The translations under genes and the position numbers were made by a program. From assembly GCA_018003015.1 (NCBI GenBank), contig JAGNEZ010000018.1, forward strand, positions 10,836-74,835: DNA of 64,000 nucleotides, written 5' to 3'. Positions 27,963-36,019 of the stretch are shown piece after piece. The notes under the pieces were generated by a model, which saw only the letters and a list, made by a program, of their open reading frames with translations, was not told the origin of the DNA and did no database searches. Source of the stretch: Phycisphaerae bacterium. GTDB taxonomy: Bacteria; Planctomycetota; Phycisphaerae; UBA1845; PWPN01. Each line of letters opens with the position of its first letter. The stretch's first letter is position 1.

Positions 27963-29381
27963 ATGGCAGCAATGGGCAACAAGAGCGGCGCATCAGGCGA
28001 AGGTGCCACCGGCATCAAGATCGCGCTCATCGTCTTTGTCGTGCTCACCGTCGCTTCGCTGGCCGGCACGATCATCCTCTACACCTATCAGTCAGACCTT
28101 CAGGCCCAGGCCGCCTCGGCCAATACCCAGTCCCAAGACGCCCAGCAGCGAGCTACCGACGCCGAAAACCGTCTGCAGAACGCAGCCAAATCCATCGCCG
28201 GCGACGGCGACCCCGCCAAGATGGCTCAGGCCCTCAAGACCGCTCAGCAGAATCTGATCAACAGCATCGAGCGACCCGAAGCCAGGGCGGCAGCCACCGA
28301 ACCGGCCACCGACGGGGACACCGCCAAGCCGCGCCCACCCCTGCTCACCCTCGTCAACACGCTGAACACCAGGTATGCCGAGTCCCTGGGCGCCCTGGAC
28401 ACCGCCAAGAAGGACATCCAGAACCTCCAGGACCAGATCAAGAAAGCCACCGATGACCTGAAGGCCACACAGGATCAGTACGCGGAGAAAACCAAGAAGC
28501 TGGAAGATGACTACCAAGCCCTTGAGCAGCAGGCGGCCAAGAACCGTGAGGATTGGCAAAAACAGGTCCAGGACCTGACCGCACAGCTGGAAACCCGCTC
28601 CGAGGCCGCCGGCCAGCAACTCACCGGAGAGCGCCAGCAGCGCCGAGCCGTCGAACAGCAACTGGCCGACGCCCAGAAACGTAGCAAGGAACTGGTCGAT
28701 ACCCTCTCCCAATTCCGCCCCAAGGGCGACACCATGTCGGCCCTTCAAATCGCCGATGGCTATGTCGTCCGGGCGGTCGCCGGCGACAAGATCGCCTACA
28801 TCAGCCTCGGAGCCAAGGACGGCATCAAGCGAGGAATGAGTTTCTCAGTCTACTCGCGAACCAAGGGCATTCCCGACGAAGGCAAGGGCAAGGGAGCCGT
28901 CGAGGTGACCCAGGTCTTCGACGACACCGCCGAATGCCGGGTCAGCCAGGCGACAAACGGCGAGCCTCTGGTCGAAGGCGACCTGATCGCGAATCCTTTC
29001 TTCGATCGGTCCCGCAAGCTGAACTTCGTGGTGGCCGGCGATTTCGACCTGAACTTCGACGGCGAAGCCGAGGATCCCGGAGGCGAGCAAGTCAGCAAGA
29101 TGATCGTCCAGTCGGGCGGCAACGTCGTCAAACAGTTGGACACGCGCACCGACTTCGTCGTCCTGGGCGGACCGCCTCCGCAACCGTCCGCCGCCGCGAA
29201 CGGCGAATCGCCCGAGGCCCAGCAGCGCTCCGCCCAACGACTGGCAGCCCGCAAGGCTTTCGACGAGGTCGCCAACGAGGCCAAGGCCCTTTCCATCCCC
29301 GTGCTCACACGCACCCGGTTGCTCCACTACTTGGGCATGGGCGTGCCAAAGAACACTCCCAACGACCGACTTCCCTGGTGA
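27963..29381 (+). CDS. membrane-anchored coiled-coil protein with small beta-barrel and C-terminal BRCT-like domain
   Basis: Start chosen at ATG 27963 (GGAG 8 nt upstream); the track ORF starts at 27921. One TM helix (IKIALIVFVVLTVASLAGTIILY) is followed by about 220 aa of Q/A/E/K heptad-like sequence. Next comes DGYVVRAVAGDKIAYISLGAKDGIKRGMSFSVY. The end is KLNFVVAGDF...IVQSGGNVVKQLDTRTDFVVLG...IPVLTRTRLLHYLG. Confidence 0.75.
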   Translation: MAAMGNKSGASGEGATGIKIALIVFVVLTVASLAGTIILYTYQSDLQAQAASANTQSQDAQQRATDAENRLQNAAKSIAGDGDPAKMAQALKTAQQNLINSIERPEARAAATEPATDGDTAKPRPPLLTLVNTLNTRYAESLGALDTAKKDIQNLQDQIKKATDDLKATQDQYAEKTKKLEDDYQALEQQAAKNREDWQKQVQDLTAQLETRSEAAGQQLTGERQQRRAVEQQLADAQKRSKELVDTLSQFRPKGDTMSALQIADGYVVRAVAGDKIAYISLGAKDGIKRGMSFSVYSRTKGIPDEGKGKGAVEVTQVFDDTAECRVSQATNGEPLVEGDLIANPFFDRSRKLNFVVAGDFDLNFDGEAEDPGGEQVSKMIVQSGGNVVKQLDTRTDFVVLGGPPPQPSAAANGESPEAQQRSAQRLAARKAFDEVANEAKALSIPVLTRTRLLHYLGMGVPKNTPNDRLPW

Positions 29382-29775
29382 GCCTCCCGGCAGCGTCCTG
29401 TACCTCGCCCGGGCAAGCAATGCCTCTCCTCGCTCGAGGGGACGCAAGACGACCAAGACCTCATCCGACCGCAGCGACCTCTCCCGAACCCGACGAGCCG
29501 GAGACGTACATGCAGCCCGCCGCTGAATGACAACGCACCGGTGTTCCCAAAGCGAATCATGGTTTATACTGACCACCGTCAGGCGGTGACGCTCCGTCAC
29601 TCTCGCCGTCGGCCTCGTCCATCCGACGGTACATCGAGGGCCATCGGATGTCCGTGATCGCCGCACTCAATTCGGCGCCAGCCGCTGGCAGGCCGACGGT
29701 CTTCCACCACGAAGATCGCTTCGGATCCTCGCACAAGGGAACGACGGCTGCTCGCCCCGGTCCAACGAAGGGAGA

Positions 29776-31809
29776 ATGAGAATGACTCGCCGATTATCCT
29801 GGGTGATTTGTGCGGCCGGACTGGGATTAGCCCTGGCCACGACCCGGGCCGAAGAGACCACCGATCCAGGGGAGGCCGCGGACTCCCGCCCTCTCCTCCA
29901 CACGGATACCGTCTACACACCAACCGAATACAGACACCTCTCCACCTGGGAGGCCCGCCGGGCATGGCTGATCAACCAGGTCCGTTTCGCGGCCGGACTG
30001 ATCCCCGAGCCCAAACGATGCCCGATCAACGCCCACCTCTCCGGCAAGCTGGTTCGCGACGGCTACACCCTCGAGAAAGTCCGTTTCGAGAGCTACCCCG
30101 GCTTCTACGTCACCGGCAACCTCTACCGCCCTGCGGAGGTCAAGGGCAGGGTGCCGGCCGTGGCTAATCCGCACGGCCACTGGGGCCGCGGCCGCCTGGC
30201 CCATGAGAAACTCGGTTCGATCGCCGCCCGCTGTATCACCCTGGCCAGGCTCGGGGCGGTGGCGTTTATGTACGACATGGTCGGCTACAACGACAGCAAG
30301 CAACAGTTCGAGCACGCCGACCACCGGTTCGCAGCCGCAGACTGCGCTTTGTGGGGCATCAGCCAGTTCCACCTGCAGACGTGGAACAGCGTGCGAGTGC
30401 TCGACTTCCTGCAGTCGCTGCCCGACGTGGACCCGGCCAGGATCGGCGTCACCGGGGAATCCGGCGGCGGAACGCAGACGTTCATCCTCTATTCGGTCGA
30501 CGAACGAGTGAAGGTGGCCGCCCCGGTCAACATGATCTCCAGCACCATGCAGGGCGGCTGCATCTGCGAAAACGCCCCCCTCCTGCGCATCGACGCCAAC
30601 AACATGGAGATCGGGGCACTGATGGCCCCCAGACCACTCCTGCTGATCAGCGCCACCGGCGACTGGACAAAGAAAACACCTCAGGTCGAATACCCGTTCA
30701 TCAAGAGCATCTTCGAGCTGTACGGCCGCGGAGATCTGGTCGAGAACGTCCACATCGACGCTCCACACAACTACAACAAGGCCAGCCGAGAGGCGATGTA
30801 CCGGTTCTTCGGGCGACGGCTGCTCAACCAACCCGATGCGGACAAGATCACTGAGGGTGAGATCAAGATCGAAACCGACAAGGACATGCTGGTCTTCGCT
30901 GATGCCGAACCGCCGGCCAACATGCTCAAGGGTGAAGCCCTGATCGCGAGCCTTAAGACCGCCTGCCGGGAACGGATGGAGGCCTACCAACCCACCAGCC
31001 CCGAAACGCTGACCAACTTGCAGGCCCTCGTACGCCTCGGGCTGGGTCAGAGCATCGGTTCGGATTGGCCAGTCGTGGGCACGGTCCGCCCGAAGGGCCG
31101 TTCAGCCCTCGCCCGAATCGCCTGGGAGCGAGGCGGACGCCTGGTGTGGACGGCGAACGAGTGGCGCGACACCAAGACCGGTCAAGAAGGCGACGCCGCG
31201 GTGATCGTCCTGCCGGATGGACTCGCGAAAATCGGAGAACACAGGAAACTGCTTACCGAGGGCGACCACGGCATCTTCGTGCAGCCGTTCGGCACCAGCC
31301 ATATGAAGCGAACACCAGTGACAACCCGGGCAGCCGACGAGGGTAAATACTACACAACCTTCAACCGCAGCGATGCCGCCGAAGCAGTCTATGACATCCT
31401 CTCGGTGATTGGCATCGAGACTCCCAGCCAAAGCGGAACCCGAATGAAACTCGTCGGTCTCGGCCGCATGGGCCCGCACACGCTCGTGGCCCGCGCTATG
31501 ATGCCCCCCGAGGTCGTTCTTCGCACCGGCGTATGCACGGCAATCGACATGAACCAGATGAACGTCGACGACGACCAGCCCTACATCAACGACCTGTTCC
31601 TGCCGGGTATCCGGAAAATCGGCGGCCTGAAGGCAGTGGCGGCCGCTGCGGCCGGCGGCGGGCCGCTTTGGCTGTACAACGCGGGCGAGCATTTCAACGA
31701 GCAGTGGGCCCGGGCCGCAGCCAACCTCGGCGGCCACGAACTGCGAATCACCCGGGAGCCGGCCGACGACGAGGCCATCGCCGAGTGGCTGCGGCATGCA
31801 TCAAGATAG
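29776..31809 (+). CDS. secreted alpha/beta hydrolase (acetyl-xylan-esterase-like)
   Basis: Signal peptide is MRMTRRLSWVICAAGLGLALATTRA. Nucleophile elbow is GVTGESGGGTQTF. Total length 677 aa. Confidence 0.75.
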   Translation: MRMTRRLSWVICAAGLGLALATTRAEETTDPGEAADSRPLLHTDTVYTPTEYRHLSTWEARRAWLINQVRFAAGLIPEPKRCPINAHLSGKLVRDGYTLEKVRFESYPGFYVTGNLYRPAEVKGRVPAVANPHGHWGRGRLAHEKLGSIAARCITLARLGAVAFMYDMVGYNDSKQQFEHADHRFAAADCALWGISQFHLQTWNSVRVLDFLQSLPDVDPARIGVTGESGGGTQTFILYSVDERVKVAAPVNMISSTMQGGCICENAPLLRIDANNMEIGALMAPRPLLLISATGDWTKKTPQVEYPFIKSIFELYGRGDLVENVHIDAPHNYNKASREAMYRFFGRRLLNQPDADKITEGEIKIETDKDMLVFADAEPPANMLKGEALIASLKTACRERMEAYQPTSPETLTNLQALVRLGLGQSIGSDWPVVGTVRPKGRSALARIAWERGGRLVWTANEWRDTKTGQEGDAAVIVLPDGLAKIGEHRKLLTEGDHGIFVQPFGTSHMKRTPVTTRAADEGKYYTTFNRSDAAEAVYDILSVIGIETPSQSGTRMKLVGLGRMGPHTLVARAMMPPEVVLRTGVCTAIDMNQMNVDDDQPYINDLFLPGIRKIGGLKAVAAAAAGGGPLWLYNAGEHFNEQWARAAANLGGHELRITREPADDEAIAEWLRHASR

Positions 31810-32083
31810 CCGCCGATACCCCCGCGGCAGCGAAGCATAGCCATTGGAAGTGTGACAGCGGGCCAAGAAGCACACGGTCCTTGAAATCGCCTCGCCAGAA
31901 CTCCGTCAGCGCCTGGCCGCAGCCATACAAGGCGAGATACCACAACAACGACGATCCTCGCCAGCGACGTATGTCCAACCTCAGGAAGACGACAGCCACC
32001 ACGAGCAGGACCGCGATCTCATAGAGTTGCATGGGACGCGGGTCCGAACCTGCCGCTCCGGTGTTATCCTCTCGCGATCTCGG
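31748..32083 (-). pseudogene. lgt: C-terminal remnant of prolipoprotein diacylglyceryl transferase (lgt)
   Basis: DPRPMQLYEIAVLLVVAVVFLRLDIRR...LLWYLALYGCGQALTEFWRGD...LGPLSHFQWLCFAAAGV matches the last third of Lgt (RHPxQLYE ... YGxxRxxxEFFR ... Q). An in-frame stop sits at 32084-32086, and I found no Lgt N-terminal two-thirds in any frame upstream. Confidence 0.65.
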
Positions 32084-32091
32084 TCAGCCAT

Positions 32092-32200
32092 TGATCCACA
32101 TGCCCCGAAGGGGCACAGGTCTGTAGCCGGGGGCGCACGTTCCCCGGAACTCCAAACCACCCACATACACTAGCCCCGAAGGGGCGACAGCTGCCCGGGC
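32092..32200. repeat. two copies of a REP/MITE-like hairpin element
   Basis: CCACAT..GCCCCGAAGGGGC[A/G]ACAG..CTG..CCGGG occurs twice. The hairpin cores GCCCC-GAA-GGGGC are at 32102-32114 and 32173-32185. A third hairpin, CCGGGG-N9-CCCCGG, lies between them. Confidence 0.6.
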
Positions 32201-32431
32201 GGCCAAGTGGATGTCTTACGTTCCTCCGGGCGACGCATTTCGCAACAGGGCCAACAGGCTGTGCAGTGATGATCGACATGCGCGTCGATTGACACCCCTC
32301 AGAACCACTCCATAATGAGCGCAAACGGGCCGTACATGCTCGCCGGCGGCACGAGAGCGAGCTTGCGACCTGACTGTCCGGCAACAAGGGCGAATAGCCC
32401 AATCGATGCCGAGGCATTGAGGAGGACTCCG

Positions 32432-32674
32432 GTGAAAAACAGCAACAAGTGCCCGAAGTGCGGATCGAACGACATCATCGCGGATGCAAAGGCCATTGAC
32501 AGAGGCGAGGGCTTCTCGGAATGGGAACTGTCGGTTACCACTTACGCCAACCCAAAGGCGCTGATCTTCAAGGGCAGATCGACTACCACTATGTCCGCGT
32601 ATGTCTGCGCCCGCTGCGGTTTCGTAGAGTTGTATGCGGATTCGCCAGAGACTATCCAGGTCACGAGGGCCTAA
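32432..32674 (+). CDS. small zinc-ribbon protein (DUF2082-like)
   Basis: GTG start with GGAGGA 5 nt upstream. 80 aa: VKNSNKCPKCGSND...YVCARCGFVELYAD (two CxxC knuckles). GC3 is about 74% by my count, apparently below neighbouring genes. Confidence 0.6.
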   Translation: MKNSNKCPKCGSNDIIADAKAIDRGEGFSEWELSVTTYANPKALIFKGRSTTTMSAYVCARCGFVELYADSPETIQVTRA

Positions 32675-32810
32675 CGGAGATGGGCGAGTTCGCGATGTCT
32701 CGACCGGTCCCGCGGAAGGACAAGTACGCCATCGATCGAAGATCGCAAGGACGAGCCCATGGCCCGCTACGTCCGTCAGCAAGCAAGGTCTGAATCGCAC
32801 GCCATGGGAT

Positions 32811-34178
32811 CTACTTCAGATCAAACTGCGGCGTGCCCGGCTTCAGCCCCGCCTGATGCCGCTGAACCTCGGCCAGAAGGTCAGCTACCACATCCGCATG
32901 GTCCTTCGCGACGTCGAGCTTCTCCGACGGGTCGTGGCCAAGATGGTAGAGCAACGGGGGATCGTGCTGGTTGATCTTCGGGCGATCCGGACCGTAGCTG
33001 GCGCGGGTCACCAGGCAAGCCTTCCAGGGACCCTTGCGAACGGCCATCAACATGGCATTGTCGTAGTAAAAGAACGGCGCCTCCTCACGCTCGCCCCCGC
33101 GCAGGACCGTCAGCAGACTCCGGCCGTCGTACTCACGGTCGCTGGGCATGTCGACGCCGGCTAGTTCCATCAGCGTCGGGAACACGTCCATGGTCGACGC
33201 CATCGAGCGGTTGACCGAGGGCTTGATCTGGCCGAGCCACCAGAAGATGCCCGGCTCGCGCATGCCGCCCTCGAAGGTCGAACCCTTGCCGTCGCGGAGA
33301 AGCCCGGCTGATCCGCCGTTCAGTCCCCGAATGAGCCAGGGACCGTTGTCGCTGCTGAACATGACCAGCGTTCGCTCGGCCAGCCCCTGCGCACGCAGCG
33401 TCTTGAGCACCTGCCCCACGCTCCAGTCCACTTCCTCGACCACATCGCCGTAGAGACCGCGCGGGCTCTTGCCGGCGAAACGCGGATTGGCCTTCAGCGG
33501 AGTGTGGGGGAAGGTGTGGGCCAGGTACAGGAAGAACGGCTTGTCGCGCTGGGCGACAATGAACTCGACGGCTTCCTTGGTGTATCGCTCAGTCAGCGTC
33601 TCGAGCACGACCGGTTCCTCCAGCGTCTGCTCGCCGCGGATCAGCGGCGTTGGCTTCATGTCGTTGCTGTAGGGCAGACCAAAGAAAGAGTCGAACCCCC
33701 GCTTGGTGGGCAGATACTGCGGGAGATGGCCAAGGTGCCACTTCCCGACGCAGGCCGTGGCGTAGCCCTTGGCTTTGAGCGCCTGGGCGATGGTGATCTC
33801 GCTCTCGGGCAGTCCGCCGGTCGAATTCGAAGCCAGCACCCGGCGCTCGGCACCGACCATGCCGCTGCGGATCGGCAGCCGGCCGGTGAGCAGCGCGGTC
33901 CGGCTGGGTGTACACACCGGGGCCGCGGAGTAGAAGTCGGTGAACCGCATGCCTTCCGCCGCCATCACGTCGAGGCACGGCGTGCGGATCGTGGGATGTC
34001 CATAGCAGCCGAGGTCGCCGTAACCCAGATCGTCGGCGAAGATGATGACGAAGTTCGGCGGCCGCTCGGCGCCGAGGACGCCGCTCGCAAGCGACACAGC
34101 CATCACACCCGCCGACAGCCAGACACGCAGCCCTGACCGTGAAATCAGACCGGAATGGCACCCTCTCGATTGCGTCAT
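32811..34178 (-). CDS. arylsulfatase-family sulfatase (formylglycine type)
   Basis: NFVIIFADDLGYGDLGCYGHP and the CxPxR motif PVCTPSRTALLTGR. Start set at MTQSRG (34178), with GGAGGA 8 nt upstream and a signal-like N-terminus. Confidence 0.9.
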   Translation of the reverse strand: MTQSRGCHSGLISRSGLRVWLSAGVMAVSLASGVLGAERPPNFVIIFADDLGYGDLGCYGHPTIRTPCLDVMAAEGMRFTDFYSAAPVCTPSRTALLTGRLPIRSGMVGAERRVLASNSTGGLPESEITIAQALKAKGYATACVGKWHLGHLPQYLPTKRGFDSFFGLPYSNDMKPTPLIRGEQTLEEPVVLETLTERYTKEAVEFIVAQRDKPFFLYLAHTFPHTPLKANPRFAGKSPRGLYGDVVEEVDWSVGQVLKTLRAQGLAERTLVMFSSDNGPWLIRGLNGGSAGLLRDGKGSTFEGGMREPGIFWWLGQIKPSVNRSMASTMDVFPTLMELAGVDMPSDREYDGRSLLTVLRGGEREEAPFFYYDNAMLMAVRKGPWKACLVTRASYGPDRPKINQHDPPLLYHLGHDPSEKLDVAKDHADVVADLLAEVQRHQAGLKPGTPQFDLK

Positions 34179-34330
34179 GGTCGGAATCCTCCGGGCCACC
34201 GGCTCGATCCTGCGGAATGTGACGAGTGGTGGCTGCACAGTGTATGATGCCCGCTAATAAGATAGGAGCAGGCCGCGTCGCGGTCCAGGTCTCAGAGTCA
34301 TCACGCGCCACCTGAAACGGAGCAAGCCCG

Positions 34331-35539
34331 ATGGCACGACCGCAACACCGTTGTCACTACATGTTACCACTGATACTGACCGCCGTCTGCCTCGGCTGCA
34401 CGGAGCGGCAAACCGGCCCCTGGAATCTCCGCCAGTTAAACCAGCCACCGGCGGTGCAATGGGTGAACACAAGCGGTACGGTCCGACAACTGTACTACAC
34501 CAACGAACCCTACAACGGACACGCCACCCGAGTGTTCGCTTACTACGCCGTCCCGGAAAATCACGCAGACAGGGCGCCGGCCATGGTGCTGGTCCACGGC
34601 GGCGGAGGCAAGGCCTTCCCAGAGTGGGCCGAGATGTGGGCAAAGCGAGGCTACGCCGCCATCGCCATGGATCTGGCAGGCTGCGGCCCGGACGCCAAAC
34701 CGCTCCCCGACGGCGGACCGGGTCAGGGCCACGAAGAGAAGTTCACGGCCATGAACCAGGGCATTCAAGCGGTCTGGTCCTACCACGCCGTGGCCGCGGT
34801 GATCCGGGCTCATTCACTGCTGCGGAAACTGCCCGACGTGGATCCGGAACGCGTCGGAATCACCGGCATCTCCTGGGGCGGATATCTCACTTGCATCGCC
34901 GCCGGGTTGGATCACCGGTTCAAGGTCGCCGTGCCCGTCTACGGCTGCGGCTTCATCTACGAGGACCCAACCTGGACCAACCCAATGAACAAACTGACCG
35001 ACACCGAGCGCCAGCAGTGGATCCACAACTTCGATCCGTCACGATACCTGGCCGGCTGCTGGACACCCATCATGTTCATTAACGGTACCAACGACGTCTA
35101 TCGACTTGATTGCTTTGAGAAAACCTACCGGCTGGTCTCCGGGCCGCGGTCCCAGCGGATCGGTATTCGCCTGCCCCACAGCCATCCGGACGGCTGGGCT
35201 CCAAAGGAAATCGGCCTCTACGTCGACTCGGTGCTCCGCAACGGACAGGCTCTGCCCCGAATCAAGCGAATCACCCGCCAGGGAACACAGGTGCAGGCGA
35301 CGGTCAAAAGCCCCATCCCGGTCAAAGAGGCGACCCTGAACTACACCACGGATACGGGGGGATGGAAGGAACGTAAGTGGGAAAGTCGGCCAGCCCAGTT
35401 GGATCAGAACGGCCAGCGCGTCCGCGTCCAACTTCCGTCCGATCAGGCAATCACCTACTTCGTCAATGTGACCGATGAACGCGGGGCGATCGTGTCATCC
35501 GACATTCAGAGGGTGCCGGCCTCGGCGAACGCCAAGTGA
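34331..35539 (+). CDS. lipoprotein alpha/beta hydrolase (esterase/dienelactone-hydrolase-like)
   Basis: Lipobox is LTAVCLGC. Contains VLVHGGGGKAFPEW and the nucleophile elbow GITGISWGGYL. Confidence 0.75.
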   Translation: MARPQHRCHYMLPLILTAVCLGCTERQTGPWNLRQLNQPPAVQWVNTSGTVRQLYYTNEPYNGHATRVFAYYAVPENHADRAPAMVLVHGGGGKAFPEWAEMWAKRGYAAIAMDLAGCGPDAKPLPDGGPGQGHEEKFTAMNQGIQAVWSYHAVAAVIRAHSLLRKLPDVDPERVGITGISWGGYLTCIAAGLDHRFKVAVPVYGCGFIYEDPTWTNPMNKLTDTERQQWIHNFDPSRYLAGCWTPIMFINGTNDVYRLDCFEKTYRLVSGPRSQRIGIRLPHSHPDGWAPKEIGLYVDSVLRNGQALPRIKRITRQGTQVQATVKSPIPVKEATLNYTTDTGGWKERKWESRPAQLDQNGQRVRVQLPSDQAITYFVNVTDERGAIVSSDIQRVPASANAK

Positions 35540-35681
35540 TGGAGTGATGGTCATGACAACCTGCGCCTGGGCAAGATCGACGGGTATCTGGGAGGCCCAT
35601 TGTTGCCGGCTGTTGGGGCCAGGATTGACTTCGCCAACAACCGGTTGGCTCTGCGATCCGAGGATGTCTCGCCGGACGCGG

Positions 35682-35975
35682 TTACTGCTCCTTTTCAAGC
35701 ATCGGCCGATAGTCCGCGCAGCTGCGCGAACCCTCTAGCCTCGCGGCCGCTTCAGCACGCCCCTTCGCATCCTCGTCGGCCATGGCCACCACATCCGCCC
35801 GCCCGATGGCATTCCAGATGACATCCAGCCCGTGCCCGTAGCCACCCCTCCCAGTCCGGCCGATCACCGGCACCCGAATCCTGGGAGACTTCGCTTGCCC
35901 ACGAAGCGACTTCGCGGCCACCAGACCACTCGCCGCAGCCGCACCACACAGTATGAACTCACGTCTTCGCATCAT
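35682..35975 (-). pseudogene. N-terminal fragment of a Tat-signal Gfo/Idh/MocA oxidoreductase
   Basis: MMRRREFILCGAAAASGLVA (twin-arginine) is followed by a Rossmann start, IRVPVIGRTGRGGYGHG...VVAMADEDAKGRAEAAARL...DYRPMLEKEQ, and then a stop. The expected continuation (catalytic EKP region) is absent in all three frames downstream. Confidence 0.55.
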
Positions 35976-36019
35976 GTCACGCCGTCATCACCGGCGAGAC
36001 GCCGGCGCCACACTCGCTC

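Noticed and set aside
29571-29630. Three consecutive short hairpins (CACCG/CGGTG, GTGAC/GTCAC, CCGTCGG/CCGACGG) after a TATACT box upstream of the esterase gene.
   Set aside because: The stems are only 5-7 bp in GC-rich DNA and the -35 match is poor. This is within what chance would produce here.
32299-32541. Minus-strand 80-aa ORF with MSFDPHFGH and GQSGRK..YG, superficially like the Lgt motifs MSFHGG and GQxIGRxGNF..E.YG, upstream of the lgt remnant.
   Set aside because: It is exactly antisense to the SD-preceded zinc-ribbon ORF. It lacks the conserved GNFxNxE residues. I found no Lgt N-terminal sequence in any frame between 32541 and the sulfatase stop. This is most likely a shadow-frame coincidence.
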